This document shows positions 1 through 10,833 of a stretch of 20,000 nt of DNA, one piece after another. Numbering within the stretch: position 1 is the stretch's first letter; the number at the start of each line of letters is the position of its first letter. Source of the stretch: Paramecium tetraurelia (taxonomy: Eukaryota); assembly GCA_000165425.1 (NCBI GenBank), contig CT868070.1:118879-138878 (forward strand). The letters are read 5' to 3'. Below the pieces are notes generated by a model. It was given only the letters and a program-made list of their open reading frames with translations, had not been told where the DNA came from and searched no databases. A program made the translations under genes and the position numbers.

Positions 1-2
1 AA

Positions 3-3000
3 TTTTATATTGAATTGTTGGATAAATTGAATAATCTACAATTAGCCTTTTAAATTATTACATCCGGAACTAAAATAACTAAGAATACTATATAAAATCA
101 ATTTAAATCAAATGAATTTTAAGAATACATATTTTTGTAATAATAGGTTAAGGAGTATAAAAGAGTCAAGAAAAGATTTATTAGCAAATTGTAAGAAGCT
201 GAAGATAAATTCTGTGATTTTGAATAGATCATGAATGAAGAGGTATAGGAATAGGATTCTTCTGAAGAGGAGGATGATGTAGAAGATGAACTAGAGGATT
301 ATGAAAAACTACAGAGCTATTTAGGTTTTAAAATATTTTAAATTAAAAATTACTAATAATTTTATAATCTCACTTCTGAAACAAGAATCAAATTAAATTA
401 GATTAAATTGAGTAAGGAATTTGTTGAAAAAACAATTCAAGAATTAAATTCATTGTTAATTACAGTTCCCTGGGTAGAAATCTTAAAACAAGAATTGTAA
501 GAAGGATATCTCATTGTGTAATAGTTAGAAAATGCTAAATCATCGGATGAAATATAGTTATTGTTAAATAAGCTTGAAGAATTACCTTTCCATTATAAAG
601 ATTTTCCAGAGTTTTATGAATTTATATCCAAATACTAATTATATTAGAGATATATGCAAGATTTGGAATTGCAAGAAAAGGATGAAGATGACAGTGAAAT
701 CTAAGTTACTAAAGATATTCAGACAAAGATCACATGCGATCATCTTTAAATGCTGAAATAATTATCTATTGAAATCAAGGCTCCTGAGAAAGACAAATAG
801 GTATTGGAGTAGGTGGAGAAGTAGTTAAATGAATTTAGATAGAGATTGAGAGGTATGATTGAACAGAAGAGTTTGAATGAACAAATGAGAAAGAAGTTTT
901 AATCTGAACTATAAATTAATAAGATTTATGATGTCCCTGAAATCTATGAATTATAGAAAAGACTAGAACAATTTTAAGAGGTTGAAAAAATTAGAATGGC
1001 TAAATCTTAAACTCTTCAACAACTCGAGCATGCTTTAGAAAAATCTAAAGAATTCAATTTTGATGAAAAGATTATTAATCAATTTGATTAGGATATAACT
1101 AAATGCTTATTGAAAAAGAAAGAAATTAAAGCTTTGTTGGAGAATGAAATATTTGAAACTGAATAATTAGATTAGGCTAAATAATTACTCTAAGATATTT
1201 CTTAAAGTAAGGTAATTTATGAGGAGAAATAATTATTATAGAGTTTGAATAAAGCTTGCTAATTTATTTAATAATTATATGAATTTTATTAAAAATATAA
1301 ATCTCCAGATTAGGAAATGGAAATTGAAGATGATAAAAATCCAGACTTATAATTTAAAATTAATTAAGTTTGCAATCCCTTTTAAATTCTATTTAAAGAT
1401 GATAATGAAACTATCATACTAGAATTAGAAAATATTTTAAGCAAATAATCAATCATACTTGACAAAAGAATAAATACTGTTTTAAATAATTATTAGCATT
1501 TTCTTTGGGAAAAACAAACCAAATTATTGTTATCCTTCTGCGAATCCAAATAAGAAATGCAAATATAATTAATAGAAGCAGTACTTTCGAAGTCATTCAC
1601 TTTGGATGAAAATGAATAAGCAAAATTAATTGATTTTTCAGAGATGTTCTATAATCAATAAAAAATTGTTATTTCTTTAAGTACCTAAATTGGAAACTAT
1701 TTATTTCAAGTGCCTCTTCCCCAAGAATTAGAAGGATGGTTCTACTTATATGGCTAAGTAACTCTTAATATAAAAGGAGGAATCTGGGACCAAATGAAAA
1801 TATATAATGTTTGGGTTACGATTGTAAAGAAGTATTTTGAAATTACAACAACACCAGAGTTTACATATGAAAGTCTAAAATTATTATAGGATGTTATTGT
1901 TATGTCACATATTCCTAAATAAGCATTGATTTGCGCAAATTTGGTCCAAAAAATAGCTTGTTTCAATGCCCTGGTTGATAAAATGAAAGATTATAACATA
2001 AGAAAATAGATATTCCTAGAAAAGAAGAAGTCAAAATAAGATTTATAAAAATTCAAATAATGCTTTACAATTGCAGAAGCCAGATTATTGGATTAAGAGA
2101 TCAAAACATGTAACATAGCGCATGACTTTATTTCGAAAGATTTCTATCAAGATTTTCAAAATCTTCATTAAATTTAAGAAGAATTTAGCAATTGTTCTTC
2201 TGAGGATATCTCTGCCCTTACAACTTTGTATTAGAGATTGATTTAATCATTTATTTAAGATTAATAATTAATGGAAGATTTGAAGATAAATATCTATTTA
2301 TTGAAACTAAAAGAAATATTAAAAGGGAATAAATTAGTTGAATTATACAAAGCCAAAAAGCAATACAATAGCCTAATGTAATTGTTGCAATCTCGTAATT
2401 TGTAAATCCCAAATTTCATAATTGAATTAAATACTTTATTAAATATTGCTGAAAGAATTTAAAATATAGCAAATAAGATCAAAAATAATCAACCCTATAC
2501 ATTTGAAGAATTATAATAATCTATACAAGATATAGATAAGATTCAAAATATCAATATTGAGAGATCGTAAGATGTTGAGATTAGATATCATGAATGCCTT
2601 TAAATCTAAAATGAAATTCAAGAGATTGTTCAATCTCAAATTAAAACAAAGGAAGTTGTAGTTCAAAATATATTAGAAAAATTATAGAACTTACCTCTAC
2701 CAGAAGAGAAGCAATTAGTGTAATCTTGGTTGAATTCTTTCGAATAACTGAAGTAAAGTTATTCCACATTAAGATAAACAATCTCAAAATAAAAAACAAA
2801 TCCTAATAGTAAAGAATTGACTGATTTGATGAATAACTTTTAAAAGAAATACAAAGACATAATGATAATATATTCTGATGCTGATCATTTTATTAGAGAA
2901 TACTAGGAATTTAATAAGAAATTAGAATATATTGAAAATAATTTATAAACTGAATAGTCATTCAATGATTTTCATGATTTACTCAGCATATTTAGATGGG

Positions 3001-5548
3001 GGGATTAATATGAAAGAGTCAAAATTGCTATTTGGATTAAATAAGTCAATCAATTCAAGGAAAACCCATAATAAAAATGGGGATTTGCTTCGTTTAGAAA
3101 TATGTTGAATCAAGGTTATGATATAATTGATTAAGCTTTAATGAATAATTAAAAGTTATCAATCGAAAAAATGAAGGTTCCATTAACTTATTTAGAATCA
3201 ATCATGACTAAATTGATTGATTCAGTTGCAAGTGGATCATATTTAGATCCAAGTGGCGAAGGAAAAGTTGATGCTTTTTAATTGTAAATTGAACTTTAAC
3301 ATATTACTCAACATGATAAATTAGAAAGGTTAAGAGAATTGCAACCAAAAAAACCATTTGAAGACATAAATTCATACTTTGATAAGAAATAAAAATAATA
3401 ATATATGCGAAAGAAGAATCAATAGAGAGAGGAGAAAGAGGAACAAAATAATTAAGTTGACAGCATTAAGAAAGTCAAAAAATAGTAAACTAATGAAACG
3501 GTTACTTAATAATTAAGAGATGCAAAGAAAAAAGAATTATTATAAGTTATTTGGAGAAATCCAACATTATCAAATTTGAAGAATTAGGAATTCTATTAAG
3601 GCAAAATAAAGATTTTTGAAAATTAAGAGTTTGGCACTTTCAATACAAACAAGTCAAGTATTTATTATTATTTTATAATTTAGTGTATTTGGAGAGAATG
3701 GCAATACTCATTTAAACCTTTAAAGAATTGCAATAATTACCTAATTTTTCAAAAAGAATTGTTGAAAAAGGATTCAATATAGAATAGGTTAATTATGCAG
3801 TAAGAAAATATGAAACCAAGGCTCTTTTATAGATAGAAGAAAAGTTGATGTAAAGACCGAATCCATCATCTTCATAATAATAAGATTACAACCCTCTAGC
3901 TCCAAATAAAAATAAAATAGTTGCTATTCAGCCAGTTAATTAGAAAAATGCTTAACCTGTTGTTAAATAAGTGTAATCTAATTAAACACAATCTAAATTA
4001 ACTAAGGAAGATGTTCTTAATTAAATTTTGAATGATTCATATCCTAACAATAAATTATAATAATAGCAACTATAGTAATAATAATAAATCTAATCTCAAT
4101 CCAAATCATTGTAGTTATAATAACAATAGCCTTAAACATTTTATAAATAATAATAATTATAGCCTTAAATTATATAATTGTAATAAAAATCATTATAATA
4201 ATAATAGTAGCCACCATAATAGTAACAATAATTATAATCATCTATTTTTGATAATACTTATTCTGATTAGATCAAATAAACCTTTCAATATCAATCACAA
4301 TAATCACTCTAATCATCATAATCATAACTTTAATAATAATCCTCGAAATCGTTGCTTTCTCCAAGCAGATCTATAAGTAAAGGAGTTAATGAATCCATTT
4401 CGTCTGATTTACCAGAATTGGAAGTTTTGAAAATGGAAAATCCAAATAAACCCATTTTGTATAATCCAGATGATGATGAACCAGACTAAAAAGTAATTGT
4501 ATAAAAAATTGAAGTATATCAATTGATTATTTTAGGTGACTCCACTTAACTTTGGAGATAAAATCTTAAAAATAGGAAAGAGATATAGATTTAATATAAA
4601 AGATTAATAAGTATCTTGTGAATTTTACACTAATTCTTTGGATAATAAATTGAAAGAATTTCCTAAGTTTTCCAGTGAATTTAAACATTAAAAATTTTAA
4701 CAATAAGATACAACATTACAATAGATGGAAAGATTAGCGAATAAAAACATGTAAATAATTTTAGCAGGATGGGTGGTTCCAGAAAAATACACTGAGTTTG
4801 GTGATATTCTAAAGTTTAGTGAAATGTTAAGAAAAGATTAATCTTTCATATCATTTCCTTTAAGTGATTCATTTTATACTGTTGTATATTTAATGCATTA
4901 CGATTAATTGTAAAACTCATAATTATTTGCAAATTTCAAATTGACAGAATTTGTATCTGAATCACATTACTTAAAAAGAGACTTAGGAATCATTAAATTT
5001 TGGGGGAATTTGATCCCTAAATTATGCTTTGTAATAACTATAAAATAATAAACTGCAGCAATGATGTTGAGTAGTTTTAATCCTTTGCAGTACGATACAG
5101 CAAAGAATGTATTTAAGGTATTGGTTTTTCAATAATTATTAGTCTAAAGAGTTTTGCAAATGGGTTGAAGGTAAAATAAGTGAAGAGAAAGCAAGTAAGA
5201 AATTATAACAATCACAATAATTATTGTAATAGCAATAATAATAATAATAACAATAGCAACAGTAATAATAATAGCAATAATAATAATAATAAAAGTAATA
5301 ATCGTAGTAATAATAATCATAATAGCAATAATAAATATAAACAGAATTAGAACCTGTGACTTCTGAAGAGGAAGACAATAATCAAATTAATAGTTAAAAT
5401 GGTTAAAGCCATTTATTTGGTAATCCAAATTCCGAGGTAAGGGATAAGTTTATAAAAGTAGGAAAATGGATATGAATAATTGCTTGCGTTGTTACAATCA
5501 GATAAACAAATTATGGGGGAGCTATTTAAAAATAACAATATAGGATGA
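3..5548 (+). CDS. Large protein (>=1815 aa, start upstream of window): helical/coiled N-terminal region, TFIIS central-like domain, Q-rich tracts and SPOC-like domain
   Basis: With TAA/TAG=Gln, frame 3 has no TGA from 3 to 3657. Introns 3658-3683, 4514-4535, 5118-5142 and 5437-5461 (all GTA...TAG, 22-26 nt) keep the frame open to TGA at 5546-5548, and the spliced length (5448 nt) is a multiple of 3. The segment at ~3500-3850 (QLRDAKKKELLQVIW...FENQEFGTFNTNKSMYLERMAILIQTFK...FSKRIVEKGFNIEQV) resembles TFIIS_M. The segment at ~4560-5045 (IILAGWVVPEKYTEFGDILKFSEMLRKDQSF...VVYLMHY...KLCFVITIK) resembles SPOC. The gene model is strong; the domain calls are by eye. Confidence 0.85.
3658..3683 (+). 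other. Spliceosomal intron, 26 nt
   Basis: GTATTT...TTTAG, very AT-rich. Removal joins the TFIIS-like segment in frame (KS-M-YLER). Confidence 0.85.
4040..4345 (+). repeat. Gln-rich low-complexity coding tract (TAA/TAG/CAA codons)
   Basis: Imperfect TAA/TAG/CAA repeats in the frame of gene 1. The Asn/His-rich ORF 4032-4376 in the track is an off-frame reading of this tract. Confidence 0.8.
4514..4535 (+). other. Spliceosomal intron, 22 nt
   Basis: GTATATC...TTTTAG. The unspliced frame stops at TGA ~4619-4621, while the spliced frame stays open through the SPOC-like domain. Confidence 0.85.
5118..5142 (+). other. Spliceosomal intron, 25 nt
   Basis: GTATTG...TATTAG. Removal places the downstream TAA/TAG/CAA run in frame as poly-Q. 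Confidence 0.8.
5206..5340 (+). repeat. Poly-glutamine tract encoded mainly by TAA, with TAG/CAA/CAG
   Basis: Interrupted (TAA)n run in frame near the C-terminus of gene 1. Confidence 0.85.
5437..5461 (+). other. Spliceosomal intron, 25 nt
   Basis: GTAAGG...AAGTAG. Splicing gives the ending ENGYEQLLALLQSDKQIMGELFKNNNIG*. Without it the frame stops about 12 codons in. Confidence 0.65.
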
Positions 5549-5601
5549 ATTTGAATATTTTATAGAAAAATGAGATTATAATTAATTCGTTTTTAATATC
5601 A

Positions 5602-8098
5602 ATGTGTGTCGGTGACATATTAGGAATGTGCCTTGGTCCAATAGCAACGTGCACCAAATATCTATGTGGTGCTCTAGGACTGGGATTGGTATTTACAGCA
5701 GGGGCAGTTGGAATAGATTTGACGGCAGATTGGCCAATTATATTAATAATTCTTGCATCAATATTAGCATTAATATGGTGTATAATGGCATACTTTGGGG
5801 GATTATAAGAAAGAGAGGATGAACCTTAACATTTAGCAAAATAATTTGAATTGATATGTGAAACTTAAGAAATAGTGAGACAATATGAAGTATTCAATTA
5901 AATAATAATAGGTAAGGCATAACTACGCTAGTGAATTGGCTGATGGGTGCATTCAGATATCAAATACAATAATAGGAATGTTCTTTACATAATTGATATA
6001 CGCACTAATCTTATTGATTTTGTTTCTGTTGGCAACTGTATCAATATGAAAATATTTATGTAGATCTGGTTCATTCCAGTTGGAACTAAAGCAGGATTCA
6101 TAGTAGGTTTATTTTTTGGATTTGTATCAATAACAATAATTGCTTGGACAGCATACACATTTGCAGGTCGATCTATATGTAAGGTGATAACAACTGCAAT
6201 TTAAAATAAATGGGAGCTATATGATTTCATGTATACTGTAGGATTTGGTGTGGTTCTGATGTGCATAGCATCCATCTATTTCATTTTCTTAATATTATTC
6301 TTTTTATTTAGAAGTTTGTAAGGATTAAGCAATGATAACAAACCACAAGATAAATTACAGTTGATGGGTGTTTGCTGCTGTGGCTATGCTTTGGGAATAA
6401 TAGTTTGCGCATTTATATATAGAGAATCAACCAGCATTTTGGGTAGAAGTATATTTAATGCCATTGATGGATTGGTGAAATGCGATAGAAACCTAAGTTT
6501 CAATAACCCCTATATTTCATCACCCACTAAATTATTATATGTGATTTCAAATATAATCAGTACATAAGTAGTAAATTTGTTGGACTCAGCTATATGCATA
6601 GCAGTATTAACAGTTGGAGGATTTTTAATATTCTCTAATTCTGAAGAAGTAGCGAAAGAAAATATTACTTGGAAATCATTGTTGGCTCCAACATTGTACT
6701 TTTGTGTAAATGTCTTTTGTGCAGTGATAGTATAGACATTGAAGAGTATGATTTGGGATAATGAAGTAGTGAGATTCACTAAATTGAACATCAGGCAATA
6801 AGTGTTGATTACTCATTTAATGACATTATTAATCTTCTTTTTCATGCCTATGGTTACAATCTTAAAGTAGTTTTCTTTAAAAGGAGTTGAAGCACCTGCA
6901 ACATTGGCTAAGGAAGACATTACAATTAGAAAGATCACTTATTGTTGTATTTTGGGTCAATTAAGCAATTTAGTATTATTAACAATAGGAGAATGGATGA
7001 CATCGCATGGTTGCCAACCAGTTAGAAATTTGGTACATATTTTAATTTATTAAGAGGCATTATCATCATCTGAAAGAATATTAACACAATCATACAATTA
7101 TGCAACATTTCTTAGTGCTTCTGGTCAAATAATTATTGTATTAACCTTAGGAATAATAGCAACAGCTGCACACGCATTAGCTGGATACGCAGGCATTTTA
7201 GCAGCTGCTGCTGGGTTCTTAATCAATGTATTGATAATAGTTCCTCTTTATTACATTGGATCTATCTCTTAAGATGGTGCTAAACTATGTGTTGCATCTC
7301 ATGTTACCTAAGTCGTATCTGAGAGATTTACCAAAATGGCTTGGGCAGCTAGAAATTATATGATCTACCTAAAAGTCACAAATGCTGGTTCAGCCATTTT
7401 ATTAGCATTAACCTTCCTTGGAGGAGCACTTTATCTATTTAAAGTCGACAATAATCCATTGATAGATTTTAATGGTATTTTTGGAATTCTCTTTGGAATT
7501 GGATTGGCATTCCTTGTCAAGGGTATGACTGTTGGTTCTGTGATATCAATATCTAGAATATTTGATCTTAATATTTATGAGAGTGGAATTGCTGCAGAAA
7601 TAGCAAAGAGAAATACTATCACATTAAATAGATATTTTGATAGTAAACATTTACTGGCAATCATTTGGGTCTTCATCATTACAATTACTGACACAATACT
7701 ATTATTTATTTTTGCATATTTCTTTGGCAAAAGAGGAACGCCAGGATTTCTTTTAGGACATACAATTATTATACTATTTTTGATGTGTTATTCAATTATT
7801 AACGGAACTGTTATGAAATAAAGCCGTTATTACAATGAAGGTATACTATCAATCACTAATTTCAAGTTGATGATAAATTATCAAAAAGAGGAAAAATTTA
7901 TTAATCCTGTGTTTAAGGAGATATGCTAGCTACTGTTGTTGAAGAAAGCACAGCAATTCCTCTTATTGTTTACTTATTATATAACACCATTCTTGTTACG
8001 TGTGCCTATCCATTCTTTGGAGGTGAAGGGTATATATATTTATTATATTATTTAGAGATTTGTTTGTGGAAAAAGCAACAGAAACTAAGTTTTTCTGA
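5602..8098 (+). CDS. Membrane-integral (V-type H+-translocating) pyrophosphatase-like protein, ~798 aa, with degenerate catalytic motifs
   Basis: ATG at 5602; introns 5890-5911, 6038-6063, 7841-7866 and 8030-8055; TGA at 8096-8098; spliced length 2397 nt. Many hydrophobic helices are collinear with H+-PPase hallmarks: GYALG (GYGLG), LVKCDRNL (LVGKVERNI), EWMTSHGCQPV (EYYTSNAYSPV), AGILAAAAGFL (YGVAVAALGML), IGSISQDG (YGPISDNA), NAGSAILLALTFLG (AIGSAALVSLALFG), GMTVGSV (AMTMKSV), QGDMLA (IGDTIG) and C-terminal PFFGGEG. Confidence 0.85.
5890..5911 (+). other. Spliceosomal intron, 22 nt
   Basis: GTATTC...TAATAG. The unspliced frame stops at TGA ~5932. Confidence 0.8.
6038..6063 (+). other. Spliceosomal intron, 26 nt
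   Basis: GTATCA...ATGTAG, containing an in-frame TGA. Removal restores the long frame-1 exon. Confidence 0.85.
7841..7866 (+). other. Spliceosomal intron, 26 nt, AAG acceptor
   Basis: GTATAC...TTCAAG. It is required to join RYYNE to the PPase-like C-terminus (KRGKIYQSCVQGDML). Confidence 0.7.
8030..8055 (+). other. Spliceosomal intron, 26 nt
   Basis: GTATAT...ATTTAG, purely AT interior. Splicing gives the ending GGEGDLFVEKATETKFF*. Confidence 0.8.
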
Positions 8099-8594
8099 AA
8101 AATAATAAATAGAAGAAAATCAAAATCATTATTATTAATTAATTCTTTTTATCAAGCCTAAGATTTCTATTAACATTTTTTGCTAAATCACTCATCTCTT
8201 CCTTATTTCTATCTATTAATTTTGTTAATTTTTGCATTTAAATTATTTAGTTTTTTTAATTATTCTACTATTCTGTCATAATTAGCCACTCCTTCATCTC
8301 TACTCAAATCTACTTTGGTCATTTAATTGAAACACTTTATTGTTAGAATCAATTCTTTACGTCTTTATATATATGAATGATTTATAAGAAAACATCATTC
8401 CTGACTTTATAGGCGATAAATCTTTAGACTCTATTAAAAGTTTTCGCTTCTCAAATAATTAAGGCAGATATTAAATTGGTATTGTTTTATTATTAAAAAT
8501 GAGAATACAATGTTAATGCCGCAATTTCAAATTTCTATTCATTAAATTTAAATATTATTATTGTTAAGAACTCTATTTATTTTATCGTTAATTT

Positions 8595-9061
8595 ATGAAT
8601 AACGATTTATGCCTCTTGATTAGACAAGTCAGAATGCCGATGAGAATACAAATCCCTAAGCAGAAGAAATAACCTGTATTTCACAAAAAAAGCCTACACT
8701 ATCCCAGACAAAATTTACTCTGATAAAGAAATCATGGAATTGTATTTTTGCTAAGCTAATTTAGATATTATAAAAAATTTATTAAGGTCGATATTGATGA
8801 TTCCATTGCTCTAGAAATAATACAAACAGATGACTTTATTAATTGTAATATCAATATCAAATTAGGGACGTTAAATACAAAATGATGACGATTTAATCTT
8901 TAGAAGAAATTAATTAGATTATCATTAATAAACTATGGGATGATTTCTAATTGCTATCCTTAGAATGCAAAATGAAATAAATCAGGCAAAAGATGAATGA
9001 TACATTAAATAATTTTACAAGTAATTGTTAGATTCTATAATAAAAACTGAAGTAATTATGA
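8595..9061 (+). pseudogene. Possible small degenerate or hypothetical gene
   Basis: Coding-like segments in different frames (AYTIPDKIYSDKEIMEL; DVKYKMMTIQSLEEINQIIINKLWDDFQLLSLECKMKQIRQKMND...*) and two intron-like elements (8742-8764, 8845-8865). They cannot be joined without frameshifts. Confidence 0.35.
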
Positions 9062-9119
9062 ATTATTTTACATTTTACATATGAAATATTTATTCTAAAT
9101 GAAAACTCTAATTTTAGCA

Positions 9120-10142
9120 ATCATATTTTATTTTAAAACAACGTTGTAAATATCAATACATAGGAAGATCTTCATTAAAAAAAGTCTCATTTTATTAATA
9201 CATCCATTATATTTCTGACCTTGAAATGCTATTAATTACAGTATACTTTTACATTTCTGTTCTGATTATATGATTTCCACTTTAGGTTTCTCACTAATTC
9301 TTGTAATATCCATTTTAGAGCTATTTCATAAATAAACAATTTATAATATTTCTTACTCAAAGTTAATGTTCACATTATCAACTTCCATTTTGACAAATAC
9401 TCTCTAATCCTCATTATAACTAAGATTTAATCTTAATCCATAGTTAAATCCAATTCTTTTTCTAAATTATTGTTTAATAACTTTTATTAATTCAGCTCTG
9501 ATATTATTTCTTCTATTTGAGATTTTTCCTTAGAAGCTCAACATATTCTCATTAGATTTTATCATTTGATGGTAAGCTAATAATCAATAATTAAATTCCA
9601 TTTTCCATATTGCTACTTTAAAAAAAAGCAAAATGGAGTCAACTCTTTATACATAATGTTAATTCCATTTTTTTCATATTTTATCAAACTTATTCTGATT
9701 TATGAAAGGGGGAAGTGATAGTAAAAACTGATTATAAGAGAAGAAATTCTCAGATCTTTAACTTTTATGATAGAATTATTATATAGCATAATAAATTGGT
9801 GTGATTTTGTGTTCTAATCAATAGAAGATGGGACTAAATTTTTGAAATAATTTGGTTGAATTATAAAGATGGATAATTATTAAACTCTACCGTTCCAAAA
9901 TACACTTCCTATTATTCAAAATTCTCTTAAATTGTCACCATTTCAAAGAATAATTAAGATAAGCTGAAGAGCCATCAAATAAGAATCGAAATTGATATTT
10001 GCTAAGTCATTTAGTATGTTTTTCTTAATTCTTTTTCTTTGTTAAAAAAATATTAACACCAGTCTTGCAGTGGTTAATGATATAAGAAAAATTCTTCATT
10101 GATGATAATTTCTTTTCTGAAAGACCATTATTGACTATCCAT
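9120..10142 (-). pseudogene. Possible degraded gene remnant
   Basis: The reverse strand gives coding-like pieces (MDSQQWSFRKEIIINEEFFLY...; ENMLSFQGKISNRRNNIRAELIKVIK...FVKMEVDNVNINFEQEIL) broken by TGA and frame changes. Boundaries are approximate. Confidence 0.25.
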
Positions 10143-10180
10143 TATTTTATCATTTTTAAATTCATTAAAAATATAAAAAA

Positions 10181-10833
10181 ATGTTACAAAAAGCACTTAA
10201 AGCTTTTTCAAGAGTTTCAGCCAAAATTGATTACACCAAGGACTACTATAAAATATTAAAGCTTCCTCCTTAGGCTGACCAATCCTAAATTCGAATCCAT
10301 TACTATCAATTAGCGAAGAAGTACCATCCAGATTCATAAACACCAAACAGTGAAAAATATTAAAATGTATAAGAGGCATTCAGAGTAATATATTCAAAAT
10401 TTTATATCAATAGATTTTATCTGATTTAGAATATAGGCAAAAATACGACTAAAAACGAGTAGTCAATTCAGATACAGCAAGGTAAACTGATTAAAAAGAG
10501 AAAAATGATAATAATACACATGTAGGATATTTTGACTAGATGAGCTAATAATAATTTGAGAAGAAAGATGATGACATATGGAAATTAAAGATTACTGTTA
10601 AATAAGGATAAATTCAACATAATTACTATTTTAGTGAAACAGAATTAAAGGAAAAATCAATTAACTGCTCAGAGTTTGAGAAAGTCACTTCTGATTTAAT
10701 TACTAATCTCAAATTGAATCAAGCATCAATTGAAGAATATAAAAATTCATCCTTCTCTTCAACCTCCGTTTTGAAAAAAGTGGCTGAAATAGCATTTTTA
10801 ATAATGGCAATCTTTGTTTCAAAAAAGAAATGA
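10181..10833 (+). CDS. DnaJ/J-domain protein (class C), 207 aa
   Basis: DYYKILKL...YYQLAKKYHPD...EKYQNVQEAFR/ILSDLEYRQKYD with an intact HPD motif. One 29 nt intron at 10385-10413; TGA at 10831-10833. Confidence 0.92.
10385..10413 (+). other. Spliceosomal intron, 29 nt
   Basis: GTAATA...CAATAG. Removal restores the J-domain sequence EAFR-ILSD. Confidence 0.9.

Noticed and set aside
4032..4376. 114 aa Asn/His-rich ORF in the track
   Set aside because: Off-frame reading of the Gln-rich tract of gene 1.
5139..5378. Tyr/Cys-rich reverse ORF
   Set aside because: Antisense reading of the poly-Q (TAA)n tract.
5912..5931. Alternative 20 nt intron GTAAGG...GCTAG
   Set aside because: It leads to a TGA within about 20 codons. 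The adjacent intron 5890-5911 preserves the PPase-like frame.
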